Of a stretch of 64,000 nt of DNA, positions 19,152-29,631 are shown in pieces (the stretch's first letter is position 1; each line of letters opens with the position of its first letter). The translations under genes were made by a program, and so were the position numbers. Under the pieces are notes generated by a model. That model made no database searches and had not been told where the DNA came from. It saw only the letters and a list, made by a program, of their open reading frames with translations. The DNA comes from Bacteroidia bacterium (GTDB taxonomy: Bacteria; Bacteroidota; Bacteroidia; NS11-12g; UBA9320), in contig CBDCFW010000004.1 of NCBI GenBank assembly GCA_965216465.1, positions 96,001 to 160,000 of the forward strand. Reading direction: 5' to 3'.

Positions 19152-22100
19152 TTACATCTTCACAAACCTCTGAACAACCCGATAGTTTTCTCCTTCTGCT
19201 TTTATGAAGTACACCCCAGGAGCCAAGTCTGACACATCAAGTCGATTCGATTTTAATTTACTTTGTTTTACAGCCAAGACCTTGCCTGAAAGGTCCATAA
19301 TTGAAAGTTGCACAGTTTTATCATTTTTAAGAACTTCAACATGCAGCTTACCTTCAGTTGGATTTGGATATACCTTCAGCCAATTCTCTGCATTTGGGGT
19401 GAACATCGAGCCCGTTGAATCAATAGTTGTAGTGTCTTCCTCAATCTCTACTTCAGGAATACTGGTTAAGATATAAGGGTAATTAATACTTCCGATTTCT
19501 GTTGATTGCGCTCCGAGATATAATGTTTCTAAAGCAGAATAAACTACACCTTTACTAGCATCCCACATTTTGAAAGTAGCAGTATCGGAAGAGTTAGTGT
19601 ATACCTTAAGCTTTGCAAAATACTTGTCAGCTATTTCATTGTGCTCTATGTGCCCAAATCCTTTAACCTTGTCACCTTTATTATTATAAACAAATATGAT
19701 ATCGTTCAAATCTTCTGAAAGCTGTTGCTCAGCTCTATCTGGATCTTCAAATTGGAGATACATGGTGGTTTGTTGCTCCGACGTGTCAACTGTAAATCCG
19801 CCTTGAGTGAAAGCAGATGGTGTCTGATTTGCAATGGTAAGATTTACAATCAATGCTATCTTGTTGTTTGAATACTCATCAACTAAAAATATTGTGTCTA
19901 TGTAATTCGCAGGATCTCTTTTCGTATTTAATGTAAATTCAATCTCATCGAGATCATCTGATTTAACATTCCCTCTATTATTGTCTGGGATGTACCAAAA
20001 TGGAGATTCGATTTTATAGTCTCGATTTGTAGAAGTGGTATTTAGAATGGAGTCTTTGAATGAATAATAAGCATCTTGCTGAACATGGATGGTTTTAGTA
20101 TTGGTGGACCATTTAAGATTGTTGAAATTCACCACAAAAGACCACGTCACCATTTTTCGTATGATGTTTTCTTCTTTATCAAATACATTGAGTAAAGTAA
20201 CATTTAAACGCTCTCCGTCGTACTTTTCTAGGAGCGATCCGCTCATCAAAATCCTCACCTTCTTGCCATCTGCCCGATAATCCGCTTCTAGCGAATTACC
20301 ATCATTATCTTTGACAATTACTGCTGTATGGCTAGAATGGCATTCAATTTCTTTGTTGAATTCTGCATAAATAAACTCATTTGGGTGTATATAACCACCA
20401 GAAGGATAGGTCGCAATTAATACAGTTGGTGCAATAAATCGATCTATTGTAAAGCGAACGGTTTTTGAATAGCTTTTTGCATTAGGAGATACACATGTAC
20501 TGGCCACCCTTAGCATGTAAACCCCATTCTTAAGTTTTTTAAGGTCCATCAAGTAGTCATAAATCTCACCAGAAAGTTCACTTTTAGTTATGGTTTTTAG
20601 ATTGGTCCAATAGGCCTCGTTGTCACGCTTGTATTGAATAGTTAGTTTTGAAAGTGAAGCATCATTGGCATCAAAATCGGTAAATGAGATGTTCAGTTCT
20701 TCTTTAGAGTTTAAGACTTGTCCGTCATGCGGTTGTGCAATAGACACTTGATTGCAATTTGATTTAAAGTATGCCGAAACATAGGTGTGGTCATAAGCTT
20801 CATCGTCGCTATCGCATTCGGGTTGAACCAGCAATCTAATTTTTTCATAGCTTGCTGAGATTGGACCTTTTTCTAAAGTAAGAGGCAACGTTAAACTTGA
20901 TTTTGCCGGAACTTCAATCTCATAAGGTGAAGATGATAAATTGTGACCAGCAATTTTTAGAATGGCCCCATCAGGGTTAGAAGCAGCATCAACTGAAATT
21001 AAATAGGTTGGATCTTCTATGGAAGAAGTAGTTTCGCTTAAATCAGCTAAGGTTAACATGTAAACCGCCTCCTCATCTTCTTCAATATCAAATTTCACTG
21101 GATTTTCTACTAAAAGGTTAGGGCCGAACCTAGCTTGCGTGTTGTCTTCAATCGGGCAACTACTTACACCTGCTACTGTTCTAAAACCAATGGTCCCAAA
21201 GCGTTCATCTTCTACTACATCCACAGAGAAGTTGTCACCTTGATCTTCATCGCTCAGCACATAGCCAACGGTTTTTGATGACGCTGATCCAAAACTCTTG
21301 CTTGTAGACGCTGTAAAATTAAACCCTACTCTGCCGCCTATTTCAAGATTTAGGAATTCATTGTCTTCACCGACAAATAAGCTAGTCGCCACTTCGAAAG
21401 CGAGAAAGTTCTCATAATTAATTGATATCGTTGATTCGTTACTTGTCGTTGTACTCTTTTCAATTTCGGTTCCGCTTGAAAAACTTAAGTTCTGGATTGT
21501 AGGAGCATTCTCAATTGCTTTTTCGTTGTGTTCAACTACCTGTTCCCAAACGTCGATGTACGATTGAAGGATGACTGCTGTGTCTCTACTACTAAGCAAT
21601 TTAAGAGCTTCTAAATCGGGTATTATAACATCTTTGATGTGCCCAATTGTATACGAATAGGTGGTAGCCAGGCCATCTTCACCCCAAACTAAACTGGTAT
21701 CCTGAATTATGGAGCAACTTGCTTTATCATAAGCGAGCACGTCAGTAAGGGCATAAATCATATTGAATGAGGCACCAACAACGATATCGGCATCTTGACC
21801 TACATAGTCAGGACTTGAAGAAGTGCTAAATACTTGATTTTGTATGGTGGTTTGTACCGAGACTACTTCGTTTGAATTTGTATTCGAATTTTCGAGACTA
21901 AAATTCACATGTACGGATGAGCCAATTTCTTTGCCTGTGAATGGAACAGGTATTCCAAATCCAACCTTAGCATTAACAAAGAAGCCACCTGAGTGAGTCC
22001 CATTGAGAAACTCTGGGAAAACTCTTGTTGAAATGTAGTTTCTTCTTCCATATAGCTGTAGCTTCCACTACCTGGAGGGTCATGAAGAATGAAAAAAGGA

Positions 22101-24691
22101 AGTTCAGGCGTTTTGGTCACAAAGGTTTGTTGGCGAGGTCGATGTCCTTCAACAAAAGACCACAAGGTGTTTTGAGCTCGATTTGTTTCGCTTGAGCCAA
22201 TACTCTTAAAGGTTGCATTTACCCGTTTTTGATTTGGGTAGTTCCCAGTTCGAATTAAGTTCGGCAAACCTGGGTTGATAGGATGAAAAGCTGCACCATC
22301 TTTAACTTCAAGTTCTATGACTTCACCTAAATCTGATATTTCGTCATCAATTTGAATAAGGCCCGTATCAACCAGACATGCATGATGATTATAATAATCG
22401 TGAACTTCTGTTACCTGAAATAGGAGAGTATACTGTTCTCCCTGTTTTAAATAATGTGTAGAGTCTCCATTGATACAGATTTTATCAGGTGGATTAACAA
22501 TGTCTAGGCTGTAATCTCCTTGATATTTAAATAAGGCTGAATGTGAGCTATCCGGATGAGAAAGATCAACATGTTTAGATCCCAGCTTGTTTATGATGTT
22601 TGAATTTGGTGGCCACATATTAACTACTTCAACATCGTAATTTGTTGCAGGTAGAATTAAGGACATGGACCCACCATCTGCGGCATAAACTTTGGTGTAT
22701 TGGGTAAAACAGCTTTTTCCATCCGCAGTGTTTGTAATCATTACGAGTACTGAATCCGCAACTGGAGAGCCACATCCTGAAAGTACAGATAAGTGAAGTG
22801 TGTCGACCGTTGTACTGGTAAAATCCAACGAATCAATATCTCCATTAATATTTACTGACAATGAATTCGGGGCAAAGCTAAACGATCGATTTCCGACTTC
22901 ATGTTTTACACCTATTGTATAGTTTCCGGGTTCTTCAATGATTAAGGTGAATTCACCATTTTCGTCGGTGCTGTATATTGTTGGATTTCCATCTAAGGTG
23001 ATAACGGCTCCAGCAATCGGACAAGAATTTTGAGCATTTCGGGTGACTTTCCCAGTCAGCACATAAGAAGTTGTGTCTTTAAACAAAAGTCCAGTCGCTG
23101 TAGGTACAGAAATGTCTAATGAACGAGTGACCTTAGAGGGGTCGTAGTAATGCTTTTCAAGATGAGGGAAAATCTCATATTGGGCAACTCCTCTTCCGTA
23201 GTTAATATTTCGAATATCAAAAGATCCTGTATTATCTGTGGTGTCTGAGTAAAAATAGTCGAAGTCGTCAATTACAGCTCGTGCAACTACGGGAACTCCT
23301 TCTATCGGATTATTGCTCTTTGTTACAACCTTGCCCGTTACCCTTCCGTTTTCATCTCGCTTACCAAAGCAGTAAGTCTCTTCAAATACACGATCATACT
23401 GGTCAATGAGCTGAATTCGGTAAATATACTTTTGGCCTGGGATGGCGTTAACATCAGTTAGCGATACGGTGCTTTTGTTTGTAGTTGTGGTTAGAACGTT
23501 CCATTCTCTAGGATCTCCAACATTTTGCGATAGCACACGTATGCTGTTTAAACCACTCGCTCCTGATAGATTATCCCAAGTTACTCTAATTCCATTAAAT
23601 GATGAGCTTGCCGAGGCCCTATAATTAGGGGGCCGGGGAACAATGTATAGCGGATAGGTATGATAATCATCGTGAAAGTCTGAATTAACATCGAGGTTCT
23701 CAAAACTTGTAAGCTCAAAATAAGTAAAGGCTGGGCTTAATTTCAGTTCTGCCATATAAACCTTGCCTATAACAACAGGTGAGGTATAATCAGAGTTTAG
23801 TGAAGGAAAAATACTTGAAGTTTGGGTATATAAGTTGAAATCAACTGTAGATGTTCCCCACGTTGAAGATTTACGTGCACTTTTCTTGGCCCCTCCAATC
23901 GTGTCACCATCAACCCATTTCATAGAGAAGTAAAACCGTTCATCATCATGAATTTTAATGTCATATAAGAAATCAAGGCGCACTTTACAGCGATTGTTCG
24001 GCGAAGTGGGTTTTGAAGGATCAAAGCTTCGCTGAATGTACGTGACCTCTCCCGGGTTAGAACGCTTTTGAATCTTGCCTGATTGAAGCATTAGGCTTTG
24101 AGTATGGCTCACGCAAACCGTGTTTGAACTATCGGCTGGGTCAAAGGTTCTAATCTCAAATTTATAATAGACTTTTTGATTCGAATGGCAAGGAAGGGTC
24201 ACTTCAACATCCTCAAAAGGTCGATATACAGTGTCACTGGATGACTCAAAACGGTGCTGCAACGGATAATCTAACCATCCCGATGCGGTATAGGCAATAT
24301 CCGATTTCATGGTAATGGTGTCAAACTTGGTATACTTGAAGAAGTGGTCGTAATGTTCAGGAACATAGAAGTAGTAGAAAGTATCGTTGTCTGACGAGTA
24401 CATAGGTAAATAGATGTGTGTTAGATTCGAGCTGCTAGATCCGCTATAACAAGATGACTTATACCCATTGTGCCGTAGATGAAATTTGTTGTACAGTGCC
24501 GGAATATTTGCAAGGTTAGGGTCGTGGTGATAAATTGGATTTAAATGATATGCAGTATCAAGCGTTGAGGCCGATTGTGCCGAAGTCTGAGTTGATACCA
24601 AGAAAAGACCAATGAGTACTGTTAAGCGAGAGAAGATGTTCTTAGCTCTGTTGCAATCGTCAAGAAAAGTGAGATGTGGTCGAAGAATCAT
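19152..24691 (-). pseudogene. Large T9SS-secreted protein (~1,845 aa if joined), split by one frameshift into ORFs 21905-24691 and 19152-21908
   Basis: The signal-like N-terminus, FN3-like and Ig-like domains are in the 5' ORF and the type-A CTD ('KVYPNPT...GVYFIK...RFVKM') is in the 3' ORF. The 3' frame stays open upstream to a TAG near 22067 and reads natively. Confidence 0.75.
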
Positions 24692-24762
24692 TGGGCAATT
24701 ATATTTCGCTCCAACAATTCAAATTGTAGTAATTCAGCTACAACCAGCTCACCTATAGATAA

Positions 24763-25176
24763 TTAATAGGTTTTTCTTAAATCCACCAAGCGCGTTTCAA
24801 GTGTGCCGTCATTGTCTACTTTGAAATATACAAATTGACCATTTGTTATAGCTCCATTTTCGCCAAGAATTAATATTGTAGTAGGAAATGAGTCTTGTTC
24901 AATAAAGTGACACATCGCTTCAACTTTACTCGAAGGTATTTCAGGCCAAAGATCTCTTGCAACTCAACGAGAATTTCCATCACCATCCTTCAGATTTTCG
25001 TCAGTATAGTCAGCTAGAAGTTAAGGGTAGTAGCCCCCAATTGAGGCGTCATACATGATAGCTTCTATTCCTCCCTCAAATGAAGAATGAGAGGTTACAC
25101 CGTAATCTCCACCCAAAATTTCTAAGGTTTGAGGAATGTTGGAGTTTACTTCAATCCTGTCCTCGTATTGGCTGTT
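24763..25176 (-). pseudogene. Decayed ORF remnant, possibly hemopexin-repeat-like
   Basis: 138 codons in one frame interrupted only by TAA (25023-25021) and TGA (24966-24964); protein-like composition. Confidence 0.55.
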
Positions 25177-25380
25177 TTAATGTTTTCAACCTACTGAGAA
25201 TACTGTTGAGGTGAAAGCATAATCAGAACCAAAGCCATTAACTTTTAAAAAGAGTCATTGCGTTTGTCAATTAGAAATAGCAATTTTAGCGATGGATTAC
25301 TTGCTAAAATCCACTTGATGTCTAATCTAGTGTAATAAAATGCCAATATCCCTAATAGTTTTATTTCATTTGTAGCATTC

Positions 25381-26238
25381 ATGATGCCAAACACGTATTC
25401 TATTAAAAATGAGTTTCTTGAAGTAAAAATTAAGCGAAAAGGTGCTGAAATTTGCTCGGTTGTAGATTCAAATGGTTTCGAGTTTATTTGGCAGGCTGAA
25501 CCTGTATGGGAAAGACATGCTCCGATTTTATTTCCTGTGGTAGGTAGTCTGTTGGATCACGAGTTCAAATATAATGGCACAACGTATCCGCTAAGGCATC
25601 ATGGATTTGCAAGAGATTTAGATTTTAACCTTCTGCATCAGTCTGAGCATTCAGCTTGTTTCGTATTGCAACACAATGAGGAAACATTAAACGAGTATCC
25701 GTTCCAATTTACATTTTTAGTGACGTACACGCTAAAAGAGAATAGCCTAGAGCAAAGATTTAGGGTAATCAATCACAATGAGACTTCGATGCCTGTATCA
25801 TTTGGGGGTCATCCGGCATTCAACACAAACCCTGTAGACGAATTTTATGTGCAATTTGAACAAGATGAAGAAATTCCAACAAACCGGTTGTCTGGTCCCT
25901 ATATAAATGAAGTTGAAGAGAAAATTATTGAAGGCAATAGACTCAACTTAACTAAGAGTATTTTTAACCAAGATGCGTTGATATTTGATGGTCTAAAATC
26001 GCAGTATGTTAGTCTCCGCCACAAAACCTCAAATTTTCAAGTTGAGGTTACATTACAAGGCTTCCCTTATCTAGGTATTTGGGCTAAGCCTGGGGCTCCA
26101 TTTGTTTGTATTGAACCGTGGCAAGGTTTGGCTGATTTAACAAGCCACAACAAACAAATTAATCAGAAAAAAGGAATTGTTTTTGTCGATCGGAATGATG
26201 AAATCACAAGGTCATTCACCATGAAGTTTACGAGCTAA
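25381..26238 (+). CDS. Aldose 1-epimerase family protein (LacX-like)
   Basis: 'WERHAPILFPVVG', 'HGFAR', 'GGHPAF', 'FVCIEPW'. Confidence 0.9.
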   Translation: MMPNTYSIKNEFLEVKIKRKGAEICSVVDSNGFEFIWQAEPVWERHAPILFPVVGSLLDHEFKYNGTTYPLRHHGFARDLDFNLLHQSEHSACFVLQHNEETLNEYPFQFTFLVTYTLKENSLEQRFRVINHNETSMPVSFGGHPAFNTNPVDEFYVQFEQDEEIPTNRLSGPYINEVEEKIIEGNRLNLTKSIFNQDALIFDGLKSQYVSLRHKTSNFQVEVTLQGFPYLGIWAKPGAPFVCIEPWQGLADLTSHNKQINQKKGIVFVDRNDEITRSFTMKFTS

Positions 26239-27122
26239 GATTTTTTAATGTCGTCGTAACGGTTACGGTTAGCGGGATCAAGCTGTCCGAGCAATTCAAC
26301 CGCTCTATTCTTCATTCCTGGATCAGCTTTCTTAAAAATGTTAATCAGCTCATCGCGTTTGGTGTTAAAGAATATTTTGAACATTACCGAGTTCGGAAGG
26401 TCTTGCTGTACACTTCTAATCTTTTCTAGTGCAGAAAATATTTCTCGTCTTGCTTCTTCTGGGTTGTCTTTAAATTCATCCATTCCATTAATATGAAACT
26501 GATAGTAAGCTGCCCGAAGTGGTTTGAATCGAGAATCCATTAGGTTGTCGATGATATAATACTTGTTTCGATTACCTCGTCCATCACTTGGATTCCAACC
26601 TTGTGTATTTTGAGCTAAGTTTCGAATTTCAAGAGCTTTAGTAAAGTATTGAGATCCACCTTCTGGATAGAAAGAATCAAAGTCCATACCTATAATTATG
26701 TTAGCGTAAAAGGCCAATAATGTCGTTAATGAGTTCACATTAGCGTTCTCTTGAAAATCAAGCGTCTGAAACTGGGCATATTGAAAATACCATTCTTGAT
26801 CGAAATGATTAAAGATTGGTGTGTTGTAAGTTGTTCCGTAAACAGGGCGACTTGATGTAATATTTACCTCAGCACTAAATTGGTCTATGTTGAAATTGGT
26901 AATGTTGATTACTAAATTGCAGTTAATCTTTTCTTGAGGTTGAATCTTATCACTAATCCATTTACGCTGGTTTATAAATTGGGTTATCGATCGTTGAAGA
27001 TCGTCAAATATTTCTTTGTTAGAGGCTTGAATGTTGTCTGCTCGTACTTGAACCGTACAATTCAGATCTTGTGCCTTTGTGTGTAAAGAGAATAAGATTA
27101 AAATGAAAATAAATTTTCTCAT
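26235..27122 (-). CDS. porD: DUF4835 protein (T9SS PorD-like)
   Basis: Signal peptide 'AQDLNCTV', 'SSRPVYGTTY', 'LLAFYANIIIGMDFDSF'; typical bamD-rpoZ-coaBC-DUF4835 synteny. Confidence 0.75.
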   Translation of the reverse strand: MRKFIFILILFSLHTKAQDLNCTVQVRADNIQASNKEIFDDLQRSITQFINQRKWISDKIQPQEKINCNLVINITNFNIDQFSAEVNITSSRPVYGTTYNTPIFNHFDQEWYFQYAQFQTLDFQENANVNSLTTLLAFYANIIIGMDFDSFYPEGGSQYFTKALEIRNLAQNTQGWNPSDGRGNRNKYYIIDNLMDSRFKPLRAAYYQFHINGMDEFKDNPEEARREIFSALEKIRSVQQDLPNSVMFKIFFNTKRDELINIFKKADPGMKNRAVELLGQLDPANRNRYDDIKKS

Positions 27123-28315
27123 AAATAGGTTTTCAGAATGCGTATAATGTCTTTGGCTACTTCTGATTTGGGTTTGGTTTCAAAATTATGACTTTTACCA
27201 TTCTTTTCAAGAATCGTTATTTTGTTTGTGTCTGTTCCGAAACCTGCACCTTTATCGTTTAGCGAATTTAGAACGATGAAGTCTAAGTTTTTCTTTTCAA
27301 GCTTTGTCAAAGCATTATCATATTCGTTTTCAGTTTCTAGTGCAAAGCCAACTAAGACTTGGTTGTCTTGTTTTACTTCTCCTAGATTTTTAAGCACGTC
27401 TTTAGTCTTGGTTAGTTCTAGCACCAAGTTGTTGTCTTTCTTTTTTATTTTTTGATCTGCTCGATTGGCAGGTTTGTAATCTGCTACCGCAGCACTTAGA
27501 ATGGCGGCATTGCATTTCAAGAAGGCTTGAGAGCATGCTTCATACATTTCCTCTGCAGATTCAATAGCTATTACGTCAACTTGTGGCAGAATTCCTGATT
27601 TGCTTACCGGACCCAGAACCAATTTAACCTGAGCTCCTTGTCGGCTTAACTCATTGGCAATAGCTTTTCCCATTTTACCGGAGCTATAATTTCCAATAAA
27701 ACGAACAGGGTCCAATTTTTCATAGGTTGGACCGGCGTTTACTAAAATAGTTTTGCCCGACAAGCTTTGTGCCTCTTCAAAGAAATCAGAAACTTGATTT
27801 AAAATATCATCGGGTTCACACATGCGTCCCTTTCCAACCAAACCACTTGCCAATTCGCCTTCTCCTGCGGGAAGTTCAATATTTCCAAATTGATTGAGCG
27901 TAGCAATGTTTTCAGATGTAGTAGGATGAATATACATATCAAGATCCATCGCTGGAGCAAAAAATACAGGACAATCTGCAGAGAGGTAGGTAGCAAGCAA
28001 TAGATTGTCGCAGATACCACGTGCCATTTTTGCAATGGTGTTGGCAGTGGCCGGAGCGACAACAAATGCATCGGCCCATTTTCCTAGCTCAACATGATTG
28101 GTCCACTCTCCAGTTTCCTCAACAAAAAAATGCGAATGAATCGCATTTTTTGATAAAGTCGATAAAGTAAGAGGAGTAACAAAGTTCAATGCGTCTGGTG
28201 TGCAAATTACCTGAACTTCAGCACCGTTTTTAACAAACAGTCTTACCAAGGAAGCTGCTTTGTAGGCGGCTATTCCTCCTGTAATACCAATAAGTATTTT
28301 CTTATTATTTAGAAT
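27119..28315 (-). CDS. coaBC: Bifunctional phosphopantothenoylcysteine decarboxylase/ligase; probable non-canonical start
   Basis: 'KKILIGITGGIAAYKA' lies upstream of the called TTG; also 'APATANTIAK', 'PAMD', 'GPTYEKLDPVRFIGN', 'GFALET'. Start placed at ATT 28315, which is uncertain. Confidence 0.9.
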   Translation of the reverse strand: MLNNKKILIGITGGIAAYKAASLVRLFVKNGAEVQVICTPDALNFVTPLTLSTLSKNAIHSHFFVEETGEWTNHVELGKWADAFVVAPATANTIAKMARGICDNLLLATYLSADCPVFFAPAMDLDMYIHPTTSENIATLNQFGNIELPAGEGELASGLVGKGRMCEPDDILNQVSDFFEEAQSLSGKTILVNAGPTYEKLDPVRFIGNYSSGKMGKAIANELSRQGAQVKLVLGPVSKSGILPQVDVIAIESAEEMYEACSQAFLKCNAAILSAAVADYKPANRADQKIKKKDNNLVLELTKTKDVLKNLGEVKQDNQVLVGFALETENEYDNALTKLEKKNLDFIVLNSLNDKGAGFGTDTNKITILEKNGKSHNFETKPKSEVAKDIIRILKTYL

Positions 28316-28634
28316 CTTCTTTTGCAGGGTTTCTAAAATACACCTTTTCGTTTAGAAATTCCTCAATAGCGATAATGATAGGCTTAGGTAAGCTCTCGTA
28401 GTATTTTGAAATTTCAATTTGTTCTCTATTCTCGAAGATTTCTTCAAGATTGTCATGCTCTGACGCAAATTCTTCTAGTTTGGCAACTAGCTCTTCTTTC
28501 ATAGAAGAAGAAATTTGATTTGCTCGTTTAGCAATAATTGCAACCGACTCATAAAGGTTACCAGATACATTACTTAATTCTCTGGTGTCTCTTGTAATGG
28601 TTGAATTTGGAATTTCTAAATCGCTTATATTCAT
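28305..28634 (-). CDS. rpoZ: RNA polymerase omega subunit (Bacteroidota type)
   Basis: 'GNLYESVAIIAKRANQI', 'EEIFENREQIEISKYYE.LPKP'. Confidence 0.9.
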   Translation of the reverse strand: MNISDLEIPNSTITRDTRELSNVSGNLYESVAIIAKRANQISSSMKEELVAKLEEFASEHDNLEEIFENREQIEISKYYESLPKPIIIAIEEFLNEKVYFRNPAKEDSK

Positions 28635-28644
28635 GATTTGTTGT

Positions 28645-29451
28645 TTAATTTAATTCTGATTCTTGTAATTCTTTAAGGTCTTCTGTGGTCTTTTGTTTAA
28701 TCTTATTTACATCTTCCACATAATTCCCTTCAGTTTTATATTCTTTAAAAAAGGTGTTAATCAAAGATAGGGTTTCGTTGTAGCGTTCCTTCTGCATTTT
28801 TTTAACACTGTTTTTTGCGTAATTATAAGCTGACTCCACAATAATAAACCCTAATTCTTCACGGTTTATCATATCTGGATAGTCATCTAGTGCATTGGTG
28901 CAAGCCACTATAGCACTTTTGTATTGACCAAGGTGATAATATAACTTAGCACTGTTATACACCTTTAGCAATATTCTATTTCTCAGTTCATCAATCTTGG
29001 CATTACAATCTTCCACATATTTACTGTTTGGATATTGATTGATAAATGCCTGTAAACTGTTTATAGCTTCTTTAGTTGGCGTTTGATCGAGCTCTGGGGC
29101 CATCGATTTCTGAAACTCGCATACCACATGCATGTAAGCTGCTTCTTCTCGCTTTGGACTCAGTGCATAGGTTTGTGCAAAGTATTTAAAGTGGTAGCTA
29201 GCGAGGAGGTATTCACCCAAAGCATAATGTGTGTACGCAAAGTAGAAATAGATTTCTTCTCTTTCAGCCCTGCCGTAATAAAGACCAAGAAGTTCTTCAA
29301 AAAGCGGTTGAGCTTTAAGATATTCTTGGTTGTTGTAATACTTTTTAGCAGCCTGAAGTTTCTCTTGAGGAGTGCCATTTTTAAGAACCTTTTGGTAATT
29401 ACTACAACTGGCTAAAGTTATTACGGTTAATATGTACAGAAATACTCTCAC
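28645..29451 (-). CDS. bamD: Outer membrane assembly lipoprotein BamD
   Basis: Lipobox 'LASC', TPR repeats, 'LDQTPT...FINQYPNS'. GTG 29451 is preferred because a TAACTTTG element lies at 29463-29470. Confidence 0.88.
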   Translation of the reverse strand: MRVFLYILTVITLASCSNYQKVLKNGTPQEKLQAAKKYYNNQEYLKAQPLFEELLGLYYGRAEREEIYFYFAYTHYALGEYLLASYHFKYFAQTYALSPKREEAAYMHVVCEFQKSMAPELDQTPTKEAINSLQAFINQYPNSKYVEDCNAKIDELRNRILLKVYNSAKLYYHLGQYKSAIVACTNALDDYPDMINREELGFIIVESAYNYAKNSVKKMQKERYNETLSLINTFFKEYKTEGNYVEDVNKIKQKTTEDLKELQESELN

Positions 29452-29631
29452 AAAAATGCCTGCAAAGTTACGTTTTTTTAATTCATAAACGAAGTAATAT
29501 CTCAAATGTTACAGCCAGTTTAGCCAATCTTGTAACTATCCAATGGCTTTAAGCTGTTTTTTTACTTTATTTAGATTCTTCCAGTTTATTTATTCGTGTT
29601 ACTTTTGCGGCGATTTTTAATAAACTAATTA

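Noticed and set aside
27139-27150. TGCGTATAATGT resembles the XerC arm of a dif site, with a xerC gene in the window
   Set aside because: It lies inside coaBC coding sequence and the XerD arm (TTATGTTAAAT-like) is absent.
29567-29578. TTATTTAGATT, a Fur-box half-site before the SulA-like gene
   Set aside because: There is no matching inverted half in this AT-rich context.
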